NCBI RefSeq assembly: GCF_902713615.1
Contig: NW_024056010.1
Coordinates: 434,001-498,000, forward strand
DNA from: Scyliorhinus canicula
Lineage: Eukaryota
DNA: 64,000 nucleotides
Reading direction: 5' to 3'
The notes under the pieces are model-generated. The model saw nothing but the letters and a program-made list of their open reading frames with translations. It was not told where the DNA came from and ran no database searches. The position numbers were made by a program, and so were the translations under genes. Each line of letters starts with the position of its first letter. Position 1 is the first letter of the stretch. Positions 12,201 through 23,309 of the stretch are shown one piece after another.

Positions 12201-12734
12201 ATAAATTATGTTATTTTCTGTCCATTTAGTGTGGAGGGTGAGGCTCCCATAGGTTCTTCGAGGACTGACTGTGACGTTTTCTCAAGCTGGCTATGAAGCC
12301 TGGGTGTTTCAAATTAGAAACGGTGCATCGGTCTTTGAGTCCGAGGGATAGTTTTCATCCCAGGCCTGTAATCATTCACTTCCACAAATTGACAGAAAGT
12401 CCTGGAGAGGGAACGGCGAGGTAGCACCTGGCTCCAGGCGGGAGTGAGGATTTACTTCTTCCAGGACTTTTCGGCAGGAACACAAACAAAGCATCGAGGC
12501 TTCGATGAAGTTCAAAAGCAGTTGAAGGCTGTGGGGAGCGAATTCTGTCAGGCTTTATCCTGCAACCTGAAAAATGGTATCCAACAACTCCGTCAAGTCT
12601 TTCAATAATCCAACTATTGCCTTGACCTTCATTAAATCCATGAAGGGCCAGGATCTGGAGGGATGGTTTTCAGCTCGGACTAACTCAGGTTCTAATCCGG
12701 ACTCTTTCCCTGTCATGGCGTTGTCTGAATTTCA

Positions 12735-13566
12735 GAATCACAGAAATACACACAGGGACAGGAGAAGGCCATTCAGCCCCTCGAGTCTGTCCTGCCATTT
12801 AGTAAGATCATGGCTGATCTGTGACCTAACTTCACATCCATTAATATCTTTGCTTAACAAAACTCTACCTCAGATTTAAACTTAACAACTGATCCAGCTT
12901 CACCTGCTGTTTGTGGGAGAGAGTTCCAAACCTCTCCCACCCTGTGTGTGAAGAAGTTCTTCCGAACATCTCTCCTAAACGGTCCAGCCCTGATTTTTAG
13001 ACAATGATCCCAGTTTTAGAATCTCCAACCAGTGGAAATAGTTTATCTTTATCTACCCTGTGTTTCCGTTAATATCTTCAATACTTCAACCAGATCACAC
13101 CTTAACCTTCTAAATTCTTGCGAAAAGAGGCCTAATTTGTGTAATCTCCCGTCGTAACGTAACCCCCTTCATCTGGGTATCGTGGGGTATCACTTTAGTA
13201 AATCTTTATTGCAGTCCCTCCAAGACCAAAATACCCTCCCTAAGGTGTGGTGCCCAGAATGGCTCACAGTTCTCCAAGTGTGGTCTTACAGGGTTTTGTA
13301 TAACTGCAGCATAACCTCTGTCTCTTTATACTCCAATCCTCTAGATTAAATGCCTTTAGCCATTTTGATTATTTTCTGGACTTGTCTGTGACATTTTAAG
13401 AATCTCTGCACCTGAACCACAAGTCTCTTTGAACATTCACTGTACCTAACCTCTTTCCATTGAGAAAATACTCTGCTCTATCCTTTTTTGGTCCAGAATG
13501 GATAATCTCACACTTGCTTACATTCAATTCAATCTGCCACAAATTTATTCATTCACCTAATCTGTC
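12735..13566 (-). mobile_element. CR1 LINE 3' portion
   Basis: Minus strand gives CR1 motifs (LQLYKTLVRPHLE-like, WAPHLR) and 3'UTR ggctcgaggggctgaatggcc...; CR1 RT sequence resumes at ~14185-14240. Confidence 0.75.
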
Positions 13567-13572
13567 CTGTGT

Positions 13573-13603
<31 letters not shown>

Positions 13604-13699
13604 GGGACGTGTCCTGTGTGTGGGTGTGTATCTGCGGGCAGGTGTGCTGTGTGTGGATGTGCGTCTGGGGGAGGTGGGACCCCCGCCTGCCCCGTGCCC

Positions 13700-13985
13700 C
13701 GCTCCTCTCCGGCCCCACCTCTGCCGGACGGCAGCCTGCAGATCACCTCAGTCCGCCGCATGGACTTCAGCATCTACCACTGTGTGGCCCGCAACGCTGG
13801 CGGAAACAACACTGTCTCGCTACAGGTGTGGCCGCTCTCGCTGCAGGAGCTGGGCCTGGCCGGGCGCTCCGATGCCCGGGCCGGCCTGCGGCCCGGATAC
13901 CCCTTCAACACCCATACGCTGCTGGTGACCAGGGGCTTCTCCTCCTTCTTCACCCTGGTGTCACCCTGCTTCACTTTACTGAGAA
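13700..13985 (+). pseudogene. LINGO-family (LRR-Ig transmembrane) gene fragment: Ig C-terminal half, stalk and start of TM helix
   Basis: LPDGSLQITSVRRMDFSIYHCVARNAGGNNT...YPFNTHTLLVTRGFSSFFTLVSPCFTLL resembles LINGO1 as recalled ([31 protein letters not shown]...[30 protein letters not shown]); very GC-rich; no start and no LRRs. Confidence 0.6.
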
Positions 13986-14003
13986 GACATCCCTCTGACA
14001 AAG

Positions 14004-14169
14004 GCACGAAAGGGAAAATGCTGGAACATCTCAGCAAGTCTGGCAGCATCTGTAGGGAGAGAAAAGAGCTAACGTTTCGAGTCCGATGACTCTTTGTGCC
14101 AGACTTGCTGAGATTTTCCAGCATTTTCCCTTTCGTTTCAGATTCCAGCATCCGCAGTAATTTACTTTT
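14004..14169. mobile_element. Palindromic Penelope-type (pLTR) insertion
   Basis: 40-bp inverted arms 14006-14045/14097-14136; 15-bp direct repeat atccctctgacaaag at 13989-14003 and 14170-14184; hammerhead-like remnant gagtc..gactcgaaacgtt on the minus strand. Confidence 0.7.
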
Positions 14170-14294
14170 ATCCCTCTGACAAAGCCATGTTGACTATTCC
14201 TGATCAAACTTTACCTCTCCAAGTGGAGATAGATTATTTCCTTCTGTGGAACTAATCCTTCAGTGTCTCCCCCTGGTCTCTATGAGGTTGTGGA

Positions 14295-14940
14295 GAGAAG
14301 CCGGAAGTGACAGTACAATCGAAGTCACATGGCGCATGTCCAATCCCGGCGGACAGTGAGAGTGGAGAATGTTCATTGTTTCACACTCGGCACTGGGGCC
14401 ACACTCGGATTTGTAAACCCCGCCCCCCTACACTGACCTCTCACCTGACACCTCACAATGCGCGGACAATGATTGACGGCAGCTCCTGACCAATAGGGTT
14501 CAGGGGGCGGATTCGGAGGACCAGTCGGGAGTGGCTGGTCCTCCAGCTAATCGGAGTGAATGACGGGGCCGAGTGAAGCATGCGCAGTGCAATTAATGGC
14601 GGCGCAGAGAAAGTTATTTCTCGGATCCACAATCCGTAAAGGTGGGAATGGCGTAACCGAGGGAAAAATGAATCAGGCGCGTTGTTGGACACACTTTGTA
14701 AATATGTTACATAAACCGAAAACCCGTAAAAATAACCTACCGGTACCGGGGGCCCTGAGCTTTCGCACAGACAGGACGATGGAGCCGCCATCTCCATCGC
14801 GCGCGAGCGAGGTTGCGCATGCGCACCCGCACACATCAACATTATTTGGGCACTAGCAGCAGTGCGCACGCGCACCCACCATTTTTATTGGGGGCAGCAG
14901 CAGCGCAGTTCAGGCTCAGTCGCCATCATTGTTAAGGGCA
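14295..14940. promoter_or_regulatory. CpG-island promoter upstream of ZF-2 (probably bidirectional)
   Basis: CpG-rich; ETS CCGGAAGT 14301; CCAAT 14490; GC box 14503; perfect NRF1 palindrome TGCGCATGCGCA 14814-14825; ATGGCG YY1 cores; minus-strand donor cag|GTGAGA near 14444. Confidence 0.75.
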
Positions 14941-15439
14941 ACGTTTTTTAAATGTTTCATCGTGACAGACTGTTTCACTCTGAGTTACAAATTCCTATTT
15001 ATGAGGCAGAACAACGATACATGTGACAATGTCAGTGACAATAATTAAGATTTATTTTGACAGAATAAAGCTTTTTGAGACATTTCAGAGAGATGTTACA
15101 AAATAACAATTGATACTGATCCACAAGAGGAGATATGAGATTTTAAGGATAATCTTAATGGAGGAAAGTGAGTGAGAGAGTCGCAGAGTTTGAAGGAGGA
15201 AATTCCAGAGCTTGTGGCCCAGTCAAATGATAAAAGGCCTGTAATGGTGGACCGAATAAATCAGGAATGCTATAGTGGCCGGAATTAAATGAGTGCAGAG
15301 ATCTTGAAGAGGTGTGTGTGTGTGTGGAGGAGATTACAGAGATCAGGAGGGTCACAACTACAGAAAAGGAAGAATGGGAAATTTCAACTTTTGGTACTTC
15401 TTAAAAGGAAAGTGAGCCCAGGGGATGGGTAAACAAGAC

Positions 15440-17760
15440 TTGTTTGTATTGTATTTGTTTGATTGGATTGGATCGGATTTGTTTATTGTCACGTGTACCG
15501 AGGTACAGTGAAAAGTATTTTTCAGCAAGCAGCTCAACAGATCATTCAGTACATGGAAGAAAAGGGAATTAAACACAATTCAAGAAAATACATAATAGGG
15601 CAACACAAGATATAGAATGTAACTACATAAGCATTGGTATCGGATGAAGCATACAGGGTGTAGTGTTAATGAGGTCAGTCCATAAGAGGGTCATTTAGGA
15701 GTCTGATGACAGTGGGGAATAGGCTGTTTTTGAGTCTGATTGTGCGTGTTCTCAGACTTCTGTATCTCCTGCCCGATGGAAGAAGTTGGAAAAGTGAGTA
15801 AGCCGGGTGGGAGGGATCTTTGATTATGATGCCCGCTTTCCCCTGGCAGCGGGAGGTGTAGATGGAGTCCATGGATGGGAGGCAGGTTTGTGTGATGGAC
15901 TGGGCGGTATTCATTGTCGTCAATAAATAGGAGTCTGATGTAGGAGTCTTTGTTTTCGAGATGCTCTAGGGATGAGTGTAGGGCCAGGGAAATGGCGTCT
16001 GATATGGACCAGTTGCGACGGTATGCGGATTGAAGTGGGTCAAGGCATTCCGGGAGTATGGAGGTGATGCGCTTCATGATCAGCCTCTCGAAGCACTTCA
16101 TTACGACTGAAGTCAGGGCCACCTGGCAGTAGTCATTCAGGCACGTTGCCTGGTTCTTCTTTGCTGATGGTGGTCTTCTTGAAGCAGGTGGGGACCTCGG
16201 AGTGGAGTAGGGACAGGTTAAAGATGTCTGTGGCTACCTCTGCCAGCTGGTCCACGCAGGCTCTGAGTGCACAACCAGGGATCCTGTCCGGGCCCATCGC
16301 CTTCTATGGGTTCACTTTCAGGAAGGCCGATCGGACTTCGGAAGCTGTGATGGTGGGTATGGGTGAATTATGGGCTGCTGGAGCACTCGACAGCAGATTG
16401 TTGGTTACCTGCTCGAACTGAGCACAGAATGCATTAAGTTCATCGGGGAGGGGTGTGGTGCTGCCAGAGATACTGCTTGGCTTCACTTTGTAGCCCGTTA
16501 TGTTGTTTAGTCCTTGCCACAAACGCCGAGAGTCTGTCTCTGACTATAGTTTATTTTGATATTCTCTCTTGGTATCTTGGATGGGTTTGCAGAGGTCGTA
16601 CCTGGATTTCTTGTATAGGTCAGGGTCATCTGCCATGAACACCTCAGATCTGTCCTTCAGTAGGGAGTCAATCTTGTGGTTGAGCCATGGTTTCCGGTTG
16701 GGGAATATAAATACTGCTTTTTTTGGCACGCAGTCGTCCACACATTTGCTGATGAAGTCTGTGATGGTGGTGGCATACTCATTTAAGTTAGTCACTGAGT
16801 TCTTAAATATGGACCAGTCCACTGTCTCTAAGCAGTCACGTAAGAGCTCTTCTGTCTCCTCGGACCAGCACTGCAGAACCTTCTTAGCTGGATTCTCCCG
16901 CTTGAGTTTCTGCTTGTAAGCCGGGAGAAGGAGCACCGTCTTATGGTCTGATTTCCCAAAGTGCGGTCCGGGATGTAACGGTAGGCGCCCTTGATTTTTG
17001 AGTAGCAGCGGTCAAGAGTGTTGTCGCCCCTGGTGGGACAGGAGATGTGCTGGTGGAATGTTGGCAGTACACTCTTGAGGTTGGCTTTGTTGAAGTCTCC
17101 GGCCACAATGAACAAGGCCTCCGGGTGTTCTGTTTCGTCGTTGTTTATGACTGTGTACAGTTCATCCAGCGCCTTCCTCACTTCTGCCTGGGGTGGGATG
17201 TAGATCGCTGTGATAATGGCTGAAGTGAACTCACGTGGAAGATAGTATGGCACTTTACGGTCAAGTATTCCAGGTCTGGGGAGCAGTAGGTCACCAGGGT
17301 CACCACATCCAAGCACCAGGAGGAGTTGATGAGGAGGCAAACCCCTCCACCCTTCGCTTTGCCTGAAGATGCCGTGCGGTCCGCCCGGTGAATAGAGAAG
17401 CCTTCAGGTTGTATGGCACAGTCCGGTGAGGTGGGGGTGAGCCATGTCTCTGCGAAACAGAGCACACAGCAGTCTCTTACTTCCCTCTGAGAGGTAAGTC
17501 TGGCGTTAAGTTCATCCGGGCTTGTTTTAAATCGCTTGGACGTTTGCCAGGTGTATGCTGGGGAGAGGGGTCTTGAAACCACGTGGCTTCAGTCGAACCT
17601 GCAGACAGCTGCGTTTCCCTCGGTTCCTCGGTCAGCGGCTGCTGCTGGATGGTCCTGGGATCCGATGGGAGACGTCAGCCCTTGTGAAGGTAGGTGGTTG
17701 CGTCTGGCAGGGTCCAGGGCGCTGTTTACGTTTTCAGGGTCGCGTCTGGCATTGTGGGAG
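15440..17760 (-). mobile_element. Rex1/Babar LINE with internal RT deletion
   Basis: APE (FAETWL, VAGDFN, TRGDNTLD), ALTSVVMKCFERL..LDPLQ.AY..AISLALH...RLLFID, C-terminal DPSHPAYSLFQLLPSGRRYRS, 3' tail gtacctcggtacacgtgacaataaa plus short repeats. Confidence 0.9.
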
Positions 17761-18516
17761 AGCCTGGGACCAGAGGGCATAATCTCAGAGTAAGGGATCA
17801 CAAATTTAGGACAGAGATGAGGAGACATTTCTTCCATCAGAGGTTAGAGAATCTGTGGAATTCTTTAGCAGGGCAATCCTTCTTTATCTGGGAATCAAAC
17901 TGTTGTCTAATTGTCCCGGCAGTTACCAGGCTCCCGTGAAGTCCTCCAGCTGTTATTTTAATGCAGACTTCAACAATCTATCTTCAGTAGGTTTCTATTA
18001 ATTCATTGTGACTGTCACATGACCACATTTTCAGTCTGGAAACTTAAATAAGCTGCTTTACATTCAATCAGGAATATCACAGTTTTACACCAACCTCTGA
18101 TTTGACAGCAAATTTCCAGCATTCACCATTGTTCTTCCTGACTCTAAACACAGTCATAAAGGAGCTTCTGTTCCCTGTTGAGGAGCTCTGAACCATGGAA
18201 GAGAACAGCTGGGATATATTCCACTCACACCTCAGGATTAACCCACACGGGGACTTTGCTGTCAGTGAAGAGAGATGAGAAAGACCCAAGTGTCATTTGT
18301 CCCTCTCAGTGTGACCCTAAAGGACTGTGTCCAGGCTGAAGTTCTGTGTGATCCTCCCCCAGATTGTCCTTTCTGAGCTCCAGACAGGTGATGTTAACCA
18401 CTCAGGTGGGAAAGACAAAAATCTGCAACAACATTTCAAACCAAGCTTATTTATTTCAAATTTATTCAGAATTTTAAACCTCATCAACAGATTAACACTG
18501 TCACAGTGAAACTGAT

Positions 18517-19665
18517 TCACTCCTGAACATGATTAACAGCATCAATAAAGGAAGAATCCAAAATTTGTAGTCGCTTGTGAACTCGCTGGTGTGTTAGCAA
18601 GTGGGATGACTGAGTAAATCCCTTTCCACAGACGTTACAGGTGAATGGCCTCTCCCCAGTGTGAATGCGATGATGTTTCAGAAGATAAGATGAATGAAAA
18701 AATTCCTTCCCACATCTGGAGCAGGTGAACGGCCTCTCCCCACTGTGAACTCTCTGGTGTGTCAGCAGGTTGGATGACTGACTGAATCCCTTCCCACACA
18801 CAGAACAGCTGAACGGCCTCTCTCCAGTGTGAACTCGTTGGGGATTCAATAGGTTGGATGAACGAGTGAATCCCTTCCCACACACTGTGCAAGTGAACGG
18901 CCTCTCCTCACTGTGAACCTGCTGATGTGTCAGAAGGTTGTATGAACGTGTGAATCCCTTCCCACAGTCAGAACAGGTGAACGGTCTATCCCCTGTATGA
19001 AGTTGCTGGTGTATCAGAAGGTTGGATGAATTAATGAATCCTTTCCCACAGTCAGAGCAGGTCAATGGCCTCTCCCCGGTGTGAATTCTCTGGTGGTTCA
19101 GTAGGGCAGATGGACGGCTGAAACCTTTCCCGCAAACAGAGCAGGTGAATGGCCTCTCCCCAGTGTGAGCATATTGGTGTGTTAGTAAATCCTTTTTGTT
19201 TTTAAAGCTCTTCTCACAGTCAGGACAGTTAAAAGATTTGTTATCAGAATGAACAAGTTGATGTGTCTGCAGGTGGGATGACTGAATGAATCCTTTCCCA
19301 CACAGGGAGCAGGAGAACGGTCTCTCTCCAGTGTGAATACGTTGATGTGTCAGCAGATCCTTTTTACATTTAAAACTCTTCTCACAGACAGGACATATAA
19401 ACGGTCTCTTACCAGTGTGAACAAGCTGATGAGTCACAATGTGGAATGACCGAGTGAATCCCTTCCCACAAACAGGGCAGGTGAATGGCCTCTCCTCAGT
19501 GTGAACTCGCCGGTGTGTCAGAAGGTTGTATGAATGGGTGAATCCCTTCCCACAAATGGAGCAAATGAACGGTCTCTCCCCAGTGTGACTGCGACGATGA
19601 ACTTCCAGTTGTGATGGGTAACTGAATCCCTTCCCACAGTCCGCACATTTCCACGGTTTCTCCAT
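18517..19665 (-). CDS. C2H2 zinc-finger protein ZF-3 (13 fingers, one with H>P) with translated C-terminal tail
   Basis: ORF 18517..19713; accATGG at 19665; ends ...HQRVHKRLQILDSSFIDAVNHVQE*. Confidence 0.9.
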   Translation of the reverse strand: MEKPWKCADCGKGFSYPSQLEVHRRSHTGERPFICSICGKGFTHSYNLLTHRRVHTEERPFTCPVCGKGFTRSFHIVTHQLVHTGKRPFICPVCEKSFKCKKDLLTHQRIHTGERPFSCSLCGKGFIQSSHLQTHQLVHSDNKSFNCPDCEKSFKNKKDLLTHQYAHTGERPFTCSVCGKGFSRPSALLNHQRIHTGERPLTCSDCGKGFINSSNLLIHQQLHTGDRPFTCSDCGKGFTRSYNLLTHQQVHSEERPFTCTVCGKGFTRSSNLLNPQRVHTGERPFSCSVCGKGFSQSSNLLTHQRVHSGERPFTCSRCGKEFFHSSYLLKHHRIHTGERPFTCNVCGKGFTQSSHLLTHQRVHKRLQILDSSFIDAVNHVQE

Positions 19666-20309
19666 GGTGAGGGTGTTGTTATGTCTCTCCCGTTTAAAGC
19701 CTTGTCGACACACGCAAAAGGAGTATAGTTTCTCCCTGCTGTGAATGGTGTGGTTTTCTTTTAGGCTGTGTAACTAGTTCAAGCTCTTTCCAGTCAGTGC
19801 AATGAAACACTCTCATTCGGGTGTGTGTGTGTCTCGGTGCTTTTCCAGTCACACTGATCTTTCAAATTTTTTTCCTCAAATGGAAGAGACAAACATTTCT
19901 CCTTACAGTTTCAAAGACTGATTCAGCTCCTGATGAATCGAGTGGCTGTCAGATCTCAATGTGATGTTTGGTTTTGAGTTTTCTGTCGGCCAATCCTCCA
20001 CTTCCAATATCCTGTGAAAGTAATTTACAAAAACCATCACTGTCAGTCCAGGATAGAAATTCTGAACAGACAATTCTAGTTTCTCTGGAACATTTTTTGC
20101 TCTCTTGTTCCCCTAAAGCTGTAAATCCCCGTCCCACACACTCTCCCTCCTCCCTGGGCTGAAATCCAAACCCATCTCACCATGCTGCCCTTCTTTCCTC
20201 CACTCCCAGTTTTCTCCCTCCCTCTCCTCTGCCTGGGATCAGTTCTCCAGCTACTGTCTGCAGACTGACAATAAAACCAATGGGTCTTATTGGGGGGTTT
20301 GGGTTCTCA

Positions 20310-20760
20310 CCATTGTCCCCGCTCGCGGCGGCTCTCATTCAACCTCTGGGAGCCGCACACACTCTCACTGCGGCTGCGCTCAGCCCGGAGCAGCACCGCG
20401 CGTGCTCCTCACAGAAAGACGACATCCGGGGGTGGGGCATACTGGCGCCTGCGTGTTCTGGCCCCTGTGATAGAGATAGGGTGTATTCCTCCTCGCCCGG
20501 CATTCTGGGTAATCTTATCCGCCATTATTCAGTTACGTTCCTCAGGGTGATAAATTGGTTCCGACACTTTTGATACAGTTCGGTGTTTGTACCGAATGGG
20601 GCGGCCGCATCGGTAATTTTCTCTCTGATCGGCCCCTGTTAACGGCTGTCATCTGTTTAGGGGGCGATCTGGCGCAGGGCGCCTGCGCGTCCGCCATCTT
20701 TCTCAACGGAAATGTGCAGCAGGACGCATGCGCAGCCATCCCGGAACCGGAAGCCAGAAG
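20310..20760. promoter_or_regulatory. CpG island upstream of ZF-3
   Basis: High CpG density; YY1 site CCGCCATCTT 20691-20700; NRF1-like cgcatgcgca ~20726; tandem CCGGAA 20741-20752. Confidence 0.7.
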
Positions 20761-20769
20761 AGAGAATCT

Positions 20770-20980
20770 TGTAAATTTCCCTCCAGGACTGAGAGTGAAA
20801 TTCCTTTGGAAATTCCTTTAGAAAGAGGAGGATTTGCCAACGGGAACTTCAAACCAAACATCACATCATCCTCTGACTGAGTTACTCGATTCATCAGGAC
20901 CTGAATATCATTGGGAGGTAAAATGGTTTGTCTGTTCTGTCTGAGGACAAAGATTTCAGATATCAGAGTGACTGGGAAAC
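20770..20980 (+). pseudogene. Orphan ZNF leader (finger array lost)
   Basis: gggaacttcaaaccaaacatcacatc...catcaggacctgaatatcat...tttgtctgttctgtctg...cagagtgactgg matches the leader of the intact genes, but no finger array follows. Confidence 0.75.
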
Positions 20981-21254
20981 TTTTAATGACCATTCCAGGT
21001 TAAATTTGAGACTAATTACACCGATCACATTGGGGAAGTTAAATAATTTGCTGTTGTACTCTTATGTACGCAGATAAATGTTTTAATTACCACATTTGCA
21101 TACTTGGCAGGTAAACTGGGCAAACTGCTGACCTTGATAGTAGTGAGAGTTACTATCCCGGATTTTATCAAAATTTGTTGTTCCTGTTGCATTTCATGCA
21201 GCTGATCATGGCTACTGGGTAGGTATTCAGCCTAATCTCAATTTCCAGATTGTG

Positions 21255-22203
21255 AGGGCAGCATGGTGGCGCAGTGGGTTAGTCTTCCTGCCTCACAGTG
21301 CTGAGGTCCCAGGTTCGATCCTGGCTCTGGGTCACTGTACGTGAGTTTGCCTGGGTTTTACCCCCACCACCCAAAGATAGGTGGATTGGCCATGCTAGAT
21401 TGCCCCTTAATTGGAAAAAAATTATTGGATACTCTTTAAAAAAAAAAATAATTTTCAATTCCAGATTGTGCTCTGTCCATTTAAGTTACATCAATTCATA
21501 TGGCTATCTAAATAGTTTTTAAATGTTATGAGGGTTTCTGCCATCATTTTGGGCAGCACGTCACAGATTCTCACCACCCTCTGAACCTCCTAGTCCTTTC
21601 CTAAATCTCTGCCCTCTTTTATATGTATCCCTCAACCAAAGGGAATAGGACCTTACTATCCAAAATATTTTGATCCCTCAGAATTTAAAAAATATATAAA
21701 TTTATATTTTTTCCAATCAAGGGGCAATTTAATTTGGCCAAGCCACCTCCCCTGCACATATTTGGGTTGTGGGGGTGAAACCCACACAGATAATGGGAGA
21801 ATGTGCAAACTCCTTACAGACTGTGACCTGGGGCTAGGATCGAACCCGGGTCCCCAGCACGCAGGCACACAACCACTGTGCCACCATGATCCCCCAGAAT
21901 TTTATACATTTAGAATAATCTTCATTATTGTCACAAGTAGGCTTACCTTACCTTAACACAGCAATGATGTTACTGTGAAAATCCCCTCGTAGTAACAGTC
22001 TGGCACCTATTCAGGTACACAGAGGGAAAATCCAGAATGTCCAATTCACCAAACAAGCATGTCTTTCAGGACTTGTGGGAGGAAACCCACACAGACACTG
22101 GAGAACGTGCAGACTCTGCGCAGACAGTGTCCCAAGTGGGAATTGAACCCTGGGACCCTGGCGCTGTGACGCAGCAGTGCTAACCACTGTGCTACCGTGC
22201 CAC
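21255..22203. mobile_element. Cluster of HE1-type SINEs (21255-21458 +, 21687-21886 -, ~22040-22203 -)
   Basis: A/B boxes and HE1 body; TSDs ttccagattgtg (21243/21459) and tgatcc(c/t)cagaattt (21671/21887). Confidence 0.85.
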
Positions 22204-22249
22204 CCAGAAAACAGTTCAGCTCGATGTTCTCAGATTAAAGAAGCTGAAG

Positions 22250-22318
22250 CGACCAATGTGGGTCTTGAACCCACGACCCTAGGATTAAGGCTCCCATGCA
22301 CTACTGAGCTAGCCGGGC
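22250..22318 (-). pseudogene. tRNA-Lys(CTT) pseudogene
   Basis: Minus strand gcccggctagctcagt----agtgcatgggagccttaatcctagggtcgtgggttcaagacccacattggtcg aligns with vertebrate tRNA-Lys-CTT; 4-nt D-loop deletion and several substitutions. Confidence 0.85.
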
Positions 22319-23309
22319 TGTTTTTCATAATTTCATTTCTTCTTTTCGGTTCCAAAGAAAACAGCCCCAGTTTATCCAAACTTTCCTCGGAGCAAACATT
22401 GGCAATTTCTGGCTGATGTTCTTAAATCCCCTCTCTGCTTTTTTACTGCAGTCTTCCTGTGCACAGGAATCTAGCTCTGGCCTAACTAATCCTGTCCTGC
22501 TATTTATCATTACCTTGTTTTCCCTCCAGCTTTCTTCCTCACTATCAAGTGTTTAAACATTCTTGTGTCACAGGTAAACTTGTTATTCATGTTCCTACAT
22601 TTACTTTCAAATCAATGATGTAACCAGGAGTGTGAAGGGCCCAGGACCGATTCCTTGGAAACCGGAACTGGAAAGAACCCTTTGATTTTCTCTGTTCTTT
22701 ATGGGATGTGAGTGTCATGGGCAAACCAGCTTGGATGCCCATTCCTCATTGCTATTAAACTGAGTGGTTTGCTGGCAATTTCAGAATGCAATTCAGAATT
22801 CACCCCATTTCAGTGGGTTGGCCAGATCAAGTAATGCTGGTGCCGACTCGATGGGCTGAATGGTCTCCTTCTGCACTGTAGATTCTATGATTAATTCCAA
22901 CCGTGGGTCACTGTGTGCAGTTTGTACATTCTTCCTGTGTCTGCGTAGATTTCCTCCGTGTGCTCTGGTTTCCTCCCACAGTCCACAGATGTGCCGGTTA
23001 GATGGATTGGCTGTGTTAAACTGTCACTGGGAGGGATTGTGGGGATAGGGTGGGGAATTCGCCAAGGGAGGATGCTCTTTCAGAGGGTTCTTGCAGACTC
23101 GATGGGCCGAATGGCTTTCTTTTGCACTGAGGGGATTCCATGATTCTACATTGGATCCAATGTTATGTTCACTCACACACACTGCAGCCTGACTCTTGTT
23201 GGAGCAGATACTGTGTTTGTTACTCTCAAAGTGAGTGAATCCTTTGCTGTTTCTCCTCTGGGCCCCATCTCCACTATTATTGTCCGATTGTCCCACTGAG
23301 ACTCTCACT

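Larger units (their letters stand above)
11200..12620 (+). mobile_element. Decayed L1-clade 5' region/ORF1 with nested insertions
   Basis: LEDRGQRKNIRVIGL(S)DG at ~11820 is the L1 ORF1 LENRSRRNNIRIIGLPEG motif; ORF1-like KLETVHRSL and FFQDFSA follow at ~12310-12480. Confidence 0.65.

Noticed and set aside
11805-12202. Many short ORFs of the type LGHCLCGVCTFSPCLRGFPPGAPVSSHSPKMCRLGGLAMLNCP
   Set aside because: Translations of HE1-type SINE copies, not genes.
14295-14940. KRAB or other effector exon near the promoters
   Set aside because: No VTFEDVAV/LY.DVM.E-type or SCAN/BTB motif in any listed ORF; very short or divergent exons cannot be excluded by eye.
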